From positions 992,001-1,056,000 of the forward strand of contig CAWCKY010000003.1 of assembly GCA_963796275.1 (NCBI GenBank): DNA of 64,000 nucleotides, in the 5' to 3' direction. The notes under the pieces are model-generated. The model searched no databases. It was not told the DNA's origin and saw only the letters and a list, made by a program, of their open reading frames with translations. The stretch comes from an uncultured Acidobacteriota bacterium. Its GTDB lineage: Bacteria; Acidobacteriota; Blastocatellia; RBC074. This document shows positions 34,380 through 44,982 of this stretch, piece after piece (the stretch's first letter is position 1; every line of letters begins with the position of its first letter). The position numbers were made by a program, and so were the translations under genes.

Positions 34380-37300
34380 GTGATCTCCCAAATACTCTCC
34401 CACTATCGCATTCTCGAAAAACTCGGCGCTGGCGGAATGGGTGAAGTATATCTGGCTGAGGATATCAGACTCGGGCGCAAGGTCGCGCTCAAGCTCTTGC
34501 CCGCCGCCTACACAACCAATGACGAGCGGGTTCGCCGCTTCGAACAGGAGGCGCGCGCTGCGAGTGCGCTCAATCATCCCAACATCATTACCATCCACGA
34601 AATCGGCGAGGCCGATGCCGGCCGGTTCATCGTCATGGAATATGTCAAGGGGCGAACGCTGCGGGATTTGATTAACGAGCAGCCGCCGCTCGACTCGATC
34701 GTGACGTGGGGGATTCAGATCGCGAAGGCGCTTAGCGTGGCGCACACGGCTGGCATTATTCATCGCGATATCAAACCTGAGAACCTCATGGTGCGCGATG
34801 ATGGTTATGTAAAGGTGCTCGATTTCGGGCTGGCGCGCCTCGCGCCCCAGAACCTGATCGAGGACGAAGCGGACACGCAGACCGGCTCTATCCCGGGCGC
34901 TCTGGTAGGCACGATGCTTTACATGTCGCCCGAGCAGGCGCGCGGAGAGCAGGCGGGCATTTCTTCCGACGTATTTTCGCTCGGCATCGTGCTCTACGAG
35001 ATGGCGACGAAGCGGCATCCATTCAGAGGCCGTTCGACGCTCGCCGTGTTGCAGGCGATAACCTCGCATCTCGTCTCTCCTCCATCGCGCATTAACCCGG
35101 AGATATCTACCACATTTGAATCTCTGATCATGCGGATGCTGGAGAAGGAGGCGCATTTGCGCCCAAATGCCGGTCAGGTGGAGATGGCCCTCGCGGAGAC
35201 TGGCGGAGAGGTCGAAAATGGCAGAGGCATTCCATCCGCTTTTGCGCTACTGCCTCCGCGGTCTTCGGCATCCAGGATAGTAGGGCGCGAGCGGGAGCGC
35301 GCGGACTTGCGCGCGTGCTTCAAGTCGGTGGCCGCCGGCCGGGGGATGTTGCTCTGCATCGCGGGAGAGCCCGGCATCGGAAAAACCATCCTCGTCGAAG
35401 ATTTTCTCAATGAGCTGATCGCGAATGATCAATCGTGCCGCATCGCGCGCGGCCGCTGTTCCGAGCGGCTGTCGGGAACCGGAGCGTACCTGCCATGGCT
35501 CGAGGCGCTCGACAGCCTGATTCAGAGCGAAGCGGGCGAGTCGATGGCGCGGACGATGAAGTTCAACAACGAATCGCCAACGCGTCTTATGAAACTCGTC
35601 GCGCCGACCTGGTATATGCAGGTCGCGCCTCTCCCGGCTGAGGTAACATCTGAAGTCCGGATGTTGAGCGAGCGAACAGCCGCATCGCAGGAGCGCATGA
35701 AGATGGAGCTCAGCGCTCTGGTGCAGGAATTGACGCGGTCGAGTCCGCTCATCCTCTTCTTCGATGACCTGCACTGGTCGGATGCTTCGACGATCGACCT
35801 GCTAACGTATCTCGCGGGCAAGTTCGAGACGATGAGGATCCTCATCGTGGTCACATACCGTACTTCGGATCTGTTGCTGGCCCGGCATCCTTTTTTGCAG
35901 GTAAAGCCCGATTTACAGGCGCGCGGCCTGTGTCGCGAGATCGCGCTCGAATTCCTCATCCGCGCAGAGATCGAACGCTACCTGTCCATTGAGTTCCCCT
36001 CGCATCATTTCCCGGATGAATTGCCGGCGCTCATCCACGCAAAGACTGAAGGGAATCCGCTTTTTATGACCGACCTTGTGCGTTACCTGCGTGATCGGAG
36101 GGTGATCGTCGAAGAAGGGAGGCAGTGGATATTGGCTGGATCGCTCCCGCAGATCGAACGCGATCTGCCCGAGTCCGTACGCGGGATGATCGAGCGCAAG
36201 ATCGCGCAACTGGGCGAAGACGACCGCCGCCTACTGATCGCCGCCAGCGTCCAGGGGGCCGAATTCGATTCGGCGGTAGTCGCCGCATCCTTGGAGATGG
36301 ACCCAGCCGAGGTGGAAGAGAGGTTGGAGAATTTGGAACGGGTTCACTCCTTTATCCGGCTCATCGGCGAAAAAGAGTTTCCTGATCACACCCTTACGTT
36401 ACGGTACCGCTTCGTCCACGTACTATATCAGAACGCGCTCTATGCGCTGCTCAGGCCGACACGCCGGATTGCGTTGAGCAGCACGATGGCGCGCGCGTTA
36501 TTGACCTTCTATGGAGAAAAGAACCCTTCGGTGGCTTCGGAGCTGGCTCATCTCTTCTCGATCGCACGGATGTTCGCCCAGGCTACTGATTACTTCCTCA
36601 TCGCAGCGCGAGATGCCGCCGAAGTGTTCGCCTTCGAGGAGGCCGCGGCCCTTGCGTGGCGCGGGCTGGAGATGTTGCGCATGTCGCCGGACGGCGAGGA
36701 ACGCGCGCATCTCGAGCTTGGCCTTCATATCATCCTGGGGAGCGCGCTCAGTCTCTCGCGGGGGCACTCGCTGCCAGATGCCGGAAAGAGTATGACCAGG
36801 GCGCGCGAGCTGTGCCAGCAGATAGGCGAACCGCCTCAGTTATTCACCGTCATCTTCGCGCTCTGGTCTTACTATATCGTCGGAGCGAAGCTTGAAGATG
36901 CGCGGCAGATGGCCGAGCAGTTACTGAGAATGGCCGAACGCGCGCAAGACCCGGCGTTACTCCTGGGCGCGCACTATACGCTCGGCACCACGATGCAATT
37001 TCTCGGCCAACTGCCGGAAGGGCATGAGCATCTGGCGGTGGCGGTCTCATATTACGATCCGCAACAGCGCAGGGCCTATCGAGCTTCCTACCGGGTAGAC
37101 CTGGGAGTCTACTGCAATAGCGAGATGGTTCGCACGCTCTGGCTGATGGGTTATCCAGAACAGGCGAGACGCCGGCTGGATGAAGCACTGGAGCTCGCGC
37201 GCGCCTCCAAAGACCCGAAGGACATGTCTTTCGTCATGGTCAAGGCGGTTCTTCTTTTCCAGTTATGCCATGAGTTCCAACAGGCGGAAGAGTGGGCGGA

Positions 37301-37949
37301 TAAGTGTATCGCCCATTGCGATCAGCATGGTATTGCCCAGGAACGATTATGGTCCAAATCGCTCTCGGGCTGGTCGATTGCCGCTCAGGGTAGAGTTGAT
37401 CAGGGATTAGCATGGATGCGCGAGAGCATCGAAGCATACCGCGCATTACGATCTGAATTGTCGCTCTCTCACTATCAGACTCTGCTCGCCGATGTCCTCG
37501 GGTTTACCGGCAATGCGGCAGACGCGTTGGCGATCATCGCCGAAGCTCTTGATACGATACGCCGCACGAGCGACCGCCATTGCGAAGCGGAAACTCACCG
37601 GATAAAAGGCGAGTTGCTGCTGAGACAGGAGTCGATCCCCGATAGCGGTATTGTGACGAGTACCGGCGACCGGGAGGTGATAGCGGCTGAAGCTCCCGTC
37701 TGCGCGGAAGCCGAGGCCTGTTTCCGCCATGCGATCGAGCTGGCCAGGCGGCAGGGCTCAAAATCCTGGGAGCTGCGAGCTGCCATCAGTTTATGCGTCC
37801 TATGGATGCAGCAAGGGAGACGGAATGAGGCGCGAGAGTTGCTCACACCAATCTATCATTGGTTCACTGAGGGTTTTGAAACAGCCGACTTGAAAGAGGC
37901 TCGGGCGTTGATCCATGAATTATCAGGAGACCAGAAAGTCGCAAGATAG
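34380..37949 (+). CDS. Ser/Thr kinase - AAA ATPase - TPR-like fusion
   Basis: LGAGGMGEVY, HRDIKPEN, DFGLA; GEPGIGKT; DDLHW; WELRAA and WFTEGF C-terminus. Confidence 0.92.
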   Translation: MISQILSHYRILEKLGAGGMGEVYLAEDIRLGRKVALKLLPAAYTTNDERVRRFEQEARAASALNHPNIITIHEIGEADAGRFIVMEYVKGRTLRDLINEQPPLDSIVTWGIQIAKALSVAHTAGIIHRDIKPENLMVRDDGYVKVLDFGLARLAPQNLIEDEADTQTGSIPGALVGTMLYMSPEQARGEQAGISSDVFSLGIVLYEMATKRHPFRGRSTLAVLQAITSHLVSPPSRINPEISTTFESLIMRMLEKEAHLRPNAGQVEMALAETGGEVENGRGIPSAFALLPPRSSASRIVGRERERADLRACFKSVAAGRGMLLCIAGEPGIGKTILVEDFLNELIANDQSCRIARGRCSERLSGTGAYLPWLEALDSLIQSEAGESMARTMKFNNESPTRLMKLVAPTWYMQVAPLPAEVTSEVRMLSERTAASQERMKMELSALVQELTRSSPLILFFDDLHWSDASTIDLLTYLAGKFETMRILIVVTYRTSDLLLARHPFLQVKPDLQARGLCREIALEFLIRAEIERYLSIEFPSHHFPDELPALIHAKTEGNPLFMTDLVRYLRDRRVIVEEGRQWILAGSLPQIERDLPESVRGMIERKIAQLGEDDRRLLIAASVQGAEFDSAVVAASLEMDPAEVEERLENLERVHSFIRLIGEKEFPDHTLTLRYRFVHVLYQNALYALLRPTRRIALSSTMARALLTFYGEKNPSVASELAHLFSIARMFAQATDYFLIAARDAAEVFAFEEAAALAWRGLEMLRMSPDGEERAHLELGLHIILGSALSLSRGHSLPDAGKSMTRARELCQQIGEPPQLFTVIFALWSYYIVGAKLEDARQMAEQLLRMAERAQDPALLLGAHYTLGTTMQFLGQLPEGHEHLAVAVSYYDPQQRRAYRASYRVDLGVYCNSEMVRTLWLMGYPEQARRRLDEALELARASKDPKDMSFVMVKAVLLFQLCHEFQQAEEWADKCIAHCDQHGIAQERLWSKSLSGWSIAAQGRVDQGLAWMRESIEAYRALRSELSLSHYQTLLADVLGFTGNAADALAIIAEALDTIRRTSDRHCEAETHRIKGELLLRQESIPDSGIVTSTGDREVIAAEAPVCAEAEACFRHAIELARRQGSKSWELRAAISLCVLWMQQGRRNEARELLTPIYHWFTEGFETADLKEARALIHELSGDQKVAR

Positions 37950-38163
37950 AGACCTAAACAGGCGCGTGCGTCGATCCGTATCCTCTCTGCGGTAACATCA
38001 CGAAATAAGTTTTCTATTTCTTGCTGTGTCTTTATCTGTGTTTTTGTGGTGTAACCGCGAACTACTCTCGTACGTCTAAACCATTGAACTGATATTTCAT
38101 CACGCGCTGCTCACAGCGCGGTTATCTTGACCAACTTTCCAGGTCGCAAATGGAGGCCCGTTT

Positions 38164-41100
38164 ATGAATCGCACTCACCCTCGCAGGTCTAAATGCGATT
38201 TTGTTTATTTCGCATTTCTCGCGGTTGTCCTCGCATTCGTCATTAATCCTGCATTTATTCAGGCTCAGCAGAATCCGCCGCAAGCTACACAACCGAATGA
38301 CAAGGAATACACCGAGTCGATCCTCAAAAATACCACTGAGAAGTTCTTCCTGACCGAGCTGGTCGATCATTTACCCGCGTCGGACAAAGTGCCGACGCCG
38401 GCCAAGATTCTCGGTTATCCGATCGGCACGCCCAAGAAGCTGACCTATACGAAAGATCAATATCGTTACTACCGCGAATTGGAGAAGGCCACGCCGAGGG
38501 TGAAAACATTCATCGCCCCTGAAAAGAGCGAGATGGGCAAGGAACAGATGCTGGTCGTCGTTTCCGATGAGGATAACATCGCCAATTTGTCACGCTACCG
38601 AGAGCTGACAGCCAGACTCGCCGATCCGCGGCGCATCGACGAGGCGGAAGCCAAACGGATTATCGGCGAGGGCAAGGTGATCTACTGGGCCTCCGGCTCG
38701 ATTCACTCGCCCGAGACCGGCAGCCCCGAGATGCTTATGGAACTCGCCTATCGTCTGGCCGTTCAGGAGACGCCGTTCATACAACAGATCCGGAAGAACG
38801 CGATTGTTCTGATAACGCCCACGCTCGAAGTCGATGGACGCGACATGCAGGTCGATCTTTACAATTATCGCAAAGCCAATGAAGGCAAACGCGCGCCGAG
38901 CCTGGTCTACTGGGGAAAATATGTCGCCCACGACAACAATCGCGATTCGATGGGTATGGCGCTGGCCCTCTCGCGCAACCAGATGGCGACATTTCTCGAA
39001 TACCATCCCCAGGTCCTGCACGATCTTCACGAATCCGTTCCGTTTCTCTATACCTCGACGGGCACGGGTCCTTACAACGCCTGGCTCGATCCGATAGTGA
39101 TAGATGAATGGCATATTCTCGCCTACCACGAGGTCAACGAGATGAACAAGCGCGGCGTGCCCGGCGTTTGGACTCACGGTTTCTATGATGGCTGGGCGCC
39201 CAACTATATGTTCTACGTGGCGAATGGGCACAATTCGATCGGCCGTTTCTACGAGACTTTCGGCAATGGCGGGGCTGACACGCAGGATCGAATCGTCGCG
39301 CAGCAATCGAACCGCGATTGGTTCAGACCGAACCCGCCGATGCCCCGCGTCAAATGGTCAATGCGCAATAACGTCAACCTGCAGCAGAGCGCGCTTCTCC
39401 TGGCGATGAACTATGTTGCGCATAACAAAGAACGTTTCCTCGAGAATTTTTACATCAAGAGCAAACGGTCGGTCGCCAAAGCCCGCGCGGAAGGTCCTGC
39501 GGCGTACATCCTTCCTGCCGACGATCAGCGGCCGAATGAGGCGGCCGATCTGGTCAATCTGCTGAAACTGCAGGGATGCGAGGTGCATCGGGCGAATAGA
39601 GAGTTTGAGGTGAAAGAGGGTAAATTCCCGGCCGGCAGTTATGTCGTGCGAATGGACCAGCCATACTCGCGCATGGCCGATATGCTGCTCGACACGCAGT
39701 ACTACAACGTCAACGACCCGCGCCCCTATGATGACACGGGGTGGACTCTGGGGGCGCTGCGCAATGTCAAAACCATCCGGGTCAAGGATGAGAAGGTCCT
39801 GGATGTGCCGATGTCTCTGACCAATGGCCCGGCCAAAGTGATGGGCAAAGTGGAAGGTACAGGGAAAGCGGGTTACATCATCAACCACAATGCCGAGAGT
39901 GCACTCGCCCAACTTCGCTTTCGTTTGAAAGATGTGAAGATGATGGCGGCTGAGGACAGCTTCAAAGCCGGCGAGCGCCGCTTCAACGCAGGCTCGTTCA
40001 TCATCAAGGCCGAGGGCAATCCGGCGGATCTCGACGCGCGTTTGAGAAAAGAGGCGACCGAACTCGGCATTAAATTGGTCGCCGTCGATAAATTGCCGGA
40101 GGTGGCGCAGCATCCGCTCGCCGCGCCGCGCATCGCGTTGGTTCACACTTGGGTCAACACACAGGATGAAGGCTGGTATCGCATCGAGTTCGACCGGCTG
40201 GGCATTCCATATGACTACATCTCCGATCAGGTCATCGCCCGCACAGCGAACCTGCGCCAGAAATGGGACGTGATCATCTTCGCTCCCGCTCGCGGCAATG
40301 CGCAGTCGATCGTGCGCGGCCTATCGAAACGGGGTGAAAACGAAGCGCCGATACCGTGGAAGAAATCCGATCTCACGCCAAACTTCGGTTTAGCACCCGA
40401 TCAGACTGATGATATTCGCGGTGGAATGGGGCTTCTGGGACTAGCGAATCTGCAGATGTTCATTGAATCGGGCGGTCTTTTCGTCACGGTTGGTACGACT
40501 AACACGATACCCATCGATTTCGGCCTGATCGAGGGCGTTACAGTTCAGGATGCGCGGCAGCTCCAGGCCCGCGGCTCAATCTTTAGCACGGTCTTCGCCG
40601 ATCGTAAGAGTCCAATATCTTACGGCTATGACGAGAAGCTCGCCGTCTATTTCAATCAGGCGCCGCTCTTTCAGGTGAGCGCGCTCGGCAGCCAGGGCGG
40701 CGGCCGGGGAGCTCGAGGTGGTGGGAATCAATCCGGGGAACAACCGGGGCAGGCTAATCAACGCCCTTCGGGTCGAGGCGGTTTGAACGACCCGGATGTC
40801 GTTCAGGGCCGTAGAGCACTTCCACCGACACCTCCGGAGCCGCCGAGCGATGATGGCATCCCGCCCGAGTTACGATCACAACTCGCCGGCCAATTGCCGC
40901 CTCCGGAATTGCGCCCCAGAATAGTGCTGCGGTTCGCTGGTGAGAAAGAGCTGCTAATCAGCGGAATGCTCGAGGGCGGGTCGGAATTGGCCAATAAACC
41001 AGCGGTGATCGATGTTCCCGTGGGTAAGGGCCATGTGGTCATGTTCGCCAACAACCCGATGTGGCGGCATCAGACACACGGCAGTTTTTCTCTGCTCTTC

Positions 41101-41187
41101 AACGCCGCGTTGAATTTCGATCATTTACACGTCGGAAGGGCTGCGTCGACGCGAAGCGGCCAGCCGCAGGCAAGTCAGGGGAACTGA
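38164..41187 (+). CDS. M14 zinc carboxypeptidase-like exported protein
   Basis: IHSPE, HDNNRD, DLHE; signal peptide. Confidence 0.85.
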   Translation: MNRTHPRRSKCDFVYFAFLAVVLAFVINPAFIQAQQNPPQATQPNDKEYTESILKNTTEKFFLTELVDHLPASDKVPTPAKILGYPIGTPKKLTYTKDQYRYYRELEKATPRVKTFIAPEKSEMGKEQMLVVVSDEDNIANLSRYRELTARLADPRRIDEAEAKRIIGEGKVIYWASGSIHSPETGSPEMLMELAYRLAVQETPFIQQIRKNAIVLITPTLEVDGRDMQVDLYNYRKANEGKRAPSLVYWGKYVAHDNNRDSMGMALALSRNQMATFLEYHPQVLHDLHESVPFLYTSTGTGPYNAWLDPIVIDEWHILAYHEVNEMNKRGVPGVWTHGFYDGWAPNYMFYVANGHNSIGRFYETFGNGGADTQDRIVAQQSNRDWFRPNPPMPRVKWSMRNNVNLQQSALLLAMNYVAHNKERFLENFYIKSKRSVAKARAEGPAAYILPADDQRPNEAADLVNLLKLQGCEVHRANREFEVKEGKFPAGSYVVRMDQPYSRMADMLLDTQYYNVNDPRPYDDTGWTLGALRNVKTIRVKDEKVLDVPMSLTNGPAKVMGKVEGTGKAGYIINHNAESALAQLRFRLKDVKMMAAEDSFKAGERRFNAGSFIIKAEGNPADLDARLRKEATELGIKLVAVDKLPEVAQHPLAAPRIALVHTWVNTQDEGWYRIEFDRLGIPYDYISDQVIARTANLRQKWDVIIFAPARGNAQSIVRGLSKRGENEAPIPWKKSDLTPNFGLAPDQTDDIRGGMGLLGLANLQMFIESGGLFVTVGTTNTIPIDFGLIEGVTVQDARQLQARGSIFSTVFADRKSPISYGYDEKLAVYFNQAPLFQVSALGSQGGGRGARGGGNQSGEQPGQANQRPSGRGGLNDPDVVQGRRALPPTPPEPPSDDGIPPELRSQLAGQLPPPELRPRIVLRFAGEKELLISGMLEGGSELANKPAVIDVPVGKGHVVMFANNPMWRHQTHGSFSLLFNAALNFDHLHVGRAASTRSGQPQASQGN

Positions 41188-41294
41188 CAGTTTTTAGTTT
41201 TCAGGGAGAACTCACCAAAACTGAAAACTGATGGTGCTAACCAGGCGGTTGAGCGGGTAGCGCGAAACCCCTGGTGAAGATCGATTACCAATTG

Positions 41295-41341
41295 CATCCA
41301 GAAGGGATGCGAGAATGCCTGTCTCGCATCCCTTCTGGATG
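41295..41341. repeat. Perfect 20-bp inverted repeat in a REP-like intergenic element
   Basis: catccagaagggatgcgaga-N7-tctcgcatcccttctggatg. Confidence 0.85.
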
Positions 41342-41521
41342 TCACCGCTATTTGGAGTTAAACAGAGGTGCATTTCGCTGCGCTCAGCTCAACCCCCTGG
41401 CTACCTTCTCAAATCCCTTCGGAATTATGGTCCTTAATTCAATGCAATTTGGCCTGGCGAGCGGACAATTACTCACAACCAATCCGTTAGCGGCAGGGAA
41501 ACTGAAAACTAAAAACTATCC

Positions 41522-42349
41522 TCAAAGATATTTGACGAACATCAGCTCGTTTCTGCGCTCGTTATAGACCAATTCATCAATCAACTGTCTCGTCAGCAGA
41601 ATTCCGAATCCGCCCGCCCTCAATCCCTTTTCATCGCGGATTATGACGTGGCGGAAAGGATCGCCGGTCGGGTTATTGACTGCGGCGTGCTCCAGTTTTT
41701 CCGGATCGAATCCTTCACCAGGGTCTTTGATCCAATAGATGATTGCGCGTTTGAGCCTCACACACAAAACTTCGACATATTTTGTCGAATCGAGTTTCCC
41801 GCCGTGTTCGATTGCGTTGTTTAGCATCTCACGGAAAGCGTATGCCATCGCCTCACGCGTGTTCTCCGGAAGATCTGCTTTCAGCTGAATCAGCAGTCTT
41901 TGTAAAAGCGGCACGGCCGCGAGATCGCACGGCACCCGCAATTGCACCCAGTCTGGCAGGGCGGATATGACATCGATCTTTATCATTTTGTCTTCATGGA
42001 GCGCTGTGCTGATGGCGGCGCGCAGATCGGTGAGGCTGAATGGTTTGACCAGAAAATCGCAAACTTGTTTGCGAAGTGCGCTTAATACTGCTTCCGGGGT
42101 TCCGTAAGCGGTGATCATTATTGCTTTGAGCTGTGGGTGATCATGGCGAAGTTTATCCAGGAATTCGAAGCCGTCCATCCCCGGCATGACGTAATCGATC
42201 AAGGTCAGATCGACATGCTCGCTCTCGAGCATCTCGAGGCCCTTCTTTGCATCTGTTGTATGGAGCAATATATGACCATCGCTCGTCAGCGCAGTTTCAA
42301 GCACTTGATGCAGGGCCGGATCATCGTCAACTACGAGGATCTTGCTCAT
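41522..42349 (-). CDS. Response regulator fused to anti-sigma-type HATPase domain
   Basis: ILVVDDD, DYVMPG, KPF; EMLNNAIEHG, DPGEGF, GGFGI. Confidence 0.88.
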   Translation of the reverse strand: MSKILVVDDDPALHQVLETALTSDGHILLHTTDAKKGLEMLESEHVDLTLIDYVMPGMDGFEFLDKLRHDHPQLKAIMITAYGTPEAVLSALRKQVCDFLVKPFSLTDLRAAISTALHEDKMIKIDVISALPDWVQLRVPCDLAAVPLLQRLLIQLKADLPENTREAMAYAFREMLNNAIEHGGKLDSTKYVEVLCVRLKRAIIYWIKDPGEGFDPEKLEHAAVNNPTGDPFRHVIIRDEKGLRAGGFGILLTRQLIDELVYNERRNELMFVKYL

Positions 42350-42524
42350 CGATTACCTCTCGCACTCGGATTTGTCTGCAATTAAATAATAAATCCTGGA
42401 ACATAATTGAGGCTATTATGCCCTTAGCTAGAAGGTTTGGCTAGCGGTGCCGCTAACCAAACCAAGTCCTATCTAGTGTTACGATAAGCATCAGTGTTCG
42501 GTTCTGAACCAGGAGTAGATTTTC

Positions 42525-43088
42525 ATGAAAGAAGAACGCAAATCATTTCTGCTCGATCCGCCGGCAGAGCCGCAGCCATCCTCGCTTGCATTCCTTCGTC
42601 AAGCTCGGTTTTATTTGCTTGAGGAGCATTGGGTGAAAATCCAAACATCTGTCGGCCTGCTCGATAATGAACAGGTCTGGTGGCGGCCAAACGAAGAGAG
42701 CAATAGCATCGGCAACCTTTTGCTGCATCTGTTCGGTAATATACGGCAATGGATTATCGCAGGCATCGGTGGAGCAGATTACGCGCGCGACCGGGAGCGT
42801 GAATTCGCAGAGCGCGGTCATATAAACAAAGCCGAATTGCTCGATATGGTAAGATCGACGCTCGCTGAAGTTGATATGGTGATGGCAAATATCGAAAGGG
42901 AGATCGTTCATTTGCAGTCCGATGAGCCCCTCCAGAGGGTGTGCGTACCGCAAGGTTTCAGACAGACAGTAATGGATGCGATTTCGCACGTCGTCGGGCA
43001 TTTCGGCTATCACACCGGTCAAATCGTTTACATCGCCAAATTGCTCGAATCCGGGAAAGTGAGTTTTTATGACGATCGGGAGTTGTGA
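42525..43088 (+). CDS. DinB-superfamily protein
   Basis: SNSIGNLLLHL, RDREREF, HFGYHTGQI. Confidence 0.85.
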   Translation: MKEERKSFLLDPPAEPQPSSLAFLRQARFYLLEEHWVKIQTSVGLLDNEQVWWRPNEESNSIGNLLLHLFGNIRQWIIAGIGGADYARDREREFAERGHINKAELLDMVRSTLAEVDMVMANIEREIVHLQSDEPLQRVCVPQGFRQTVMDAISHVVGHFGYHTGQIVYIAKLLESGKVSFYDDREL

Positions 43089-43257
43089 AAAAAGCTACTT
43101 CGATGTAGATCGCGTAATTCACCACACCCGCGCGTAAGATCGGCTGAATTTTCAATCCTCCTGCGCTCCTCGGCTTTGAATGAGAGAATGCCGCTCGCGT
43201 CTGATTTCCGACGGCGACAAATCAGGTTCGCTACTTAAATCCACAATCCCCGGCAGC

Positions 43258-43286
43258 TTGCCTTGATCGCACCAATCGCTTACATT
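43258..43286 (+). promoter_or_regulatory. Putative sigma-70 promoter of tRNA-Arg
   Basis: TTGCCT-N17-TACATT 9 nt upstream of tRNA. Confidence 0.5.
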
Positions 43287-43295
43287 AGCTCGCGT

Positions 43296-43606
<311 letters not shown>

Positions 43607-43622
43607 TCCAAACCAGAAGCGT

Positions 43623-43658
43623 GACGGGCATCATCACGATGCCCGTCTTGCTTTCTGC
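43623..43658 (+). terminator. Probable intrinsic terminator after tRNA-Arg
   Basis: gacgggcatc-atcac-gatgcccgtc followed by ttgctttc. Confidence 0.6.
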
Positions 43659-43697
43659 TTTTCGCATTTGCGAAAAATCAATTGCTGTAGGTGAACG

Positions 43698-44744
43698 ATG
43701 AGATTCATCATCCACGGCGCAGGGGCCGTTGGAAGTTTGGTCGGAGGTCTGTTGGCCGGAAGCGGTGCGGAGGTCATCCTCATCGCGAGAGAAGAGCACG
43801 CGGCTGCGGTCAATCAATACGGTCTTCAGATCAAATCACCAAAGGGCGACCGGCTCGTGAAAAACCTGTACGCCGTATGCTCGCCGACTGAAATTACGCC
43901 GCGCTCGGATGACGTCATTTTCATTACTGTAAAAACTCAGCAGACGCCCGCATCCGTTCAGTCGCTACGCGAAACTTTTTCGGAGGATACTCCGGTATTC
44001 TGCGTGCAAAACGGTGTGCGCAACGAAGAACTGGCGGCGCGCCGCTTCCTTCACGTCTATGGCGTGATGGCCGGCTTGTGTGTCAACTTTTTATCCCCGG
44101 GGGTGATCGCGCACACGATGAGCGACCGGATAGGAATTGGAAACTATCCGCTGGGTTGCGACGATCTGGCCGTCCTGGCTGCAGAACGACTCGAAGGCTC
44201 CGGTTTTCATGTGTCGACTCATGAATCAATCATTTCCGTCAAATGGAGCAAATTGCTCCTCAACCTCAACAACGCGACATACGCAATCATAGACAGCCAT
44301 TTACAACTCGGTTATGTCACACCCTCGATCAGCAGTTTCATGGCTGACGTGATGGAGGAGGGATTGCAAGTGCTCTATCAATCCGGCATTTCTCTCCATG
44401 ACGCTAATGACCCCTATGACATCAATCGTCGCATTGCCGAGTTGCATAGTGTCGTTGAAGACCATGAGAAAATTCTGGCGGCTCAGCGCCTGCCCGATGA
44501 GTTGCGCGCCTATCCATCGACCTGGATGGACCTGAAACAGAAACGCGGCGATACGGAGGTGGGATTTTTAAACGGTGAGATCATTCTTCTCGGGGAAAAG
44601 CACGCAATTCCCACTCCTTACAATTCGACATTGTTGCAAATTGTCGAATCGATGGCAGCGGAGAAGGAAGAGCCGGGACGATTCACGATTGAGGAGTTGG
44701 CAGATCAGGTTGAACAGAGAAAATTGAAGTTATATCATAGTTGA
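43698..44744 (+). CDS. panE: 2-dehydropantoate 2-reductase family
   Basis: HGAGAVG, QNGV, KWSKLLLN, EVGFLNG. Confidence 0.85.
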   Translation: MRFIIHGAGAVGSLVGGLLAGSGAEVILIAREEHAAAVNQYGLQIKSPKGDRLVKNLYAVCSPTEITPRSDDVIFITVKTQQTPASVQSLRETFSEDTPVFCVQNGVRNEELAARRFLHVYGVMAGLCVNFLSPGVIAHTMSDRIGIGNYPLGCDDLAVLAAERLEGSGFHVSTHESIISVKWSKLLLNLNNATYAIIDSHLQLGYVTPSISSFMADVMEEGLQVLYQSGISLHDANDPYDINRRIAELHSVVEDHEKILAAQRLPDELRAYPSTWMDLKQKRGDTEVGFLNGEIILLGEKHAIPTPYNSTLLQIVESMAAEKEEPGRFTIEELADQVEQRKLKLYHS

Positions 44745-44982
44745 AATTTCTGCTTCAGGTGACACACCGGGCACAACTCGAAGAATAAGCGTGGATCTGC
44801 TGTTGTATATAAGCACTGGTTCAAAATTCAAAAATACACTCATTTTCAATTTTACAAATGCAAGTGTGTCGTCGGTTAAGATGCAACGATGCCTGTAACG
44901 TTAAAAGTTTTCAGTTATCGAGTTTCGTAAAGGAGACCGCCGGCTGAAGACTGAATACTATTTTCAGAGGAGATTTTCAGGA

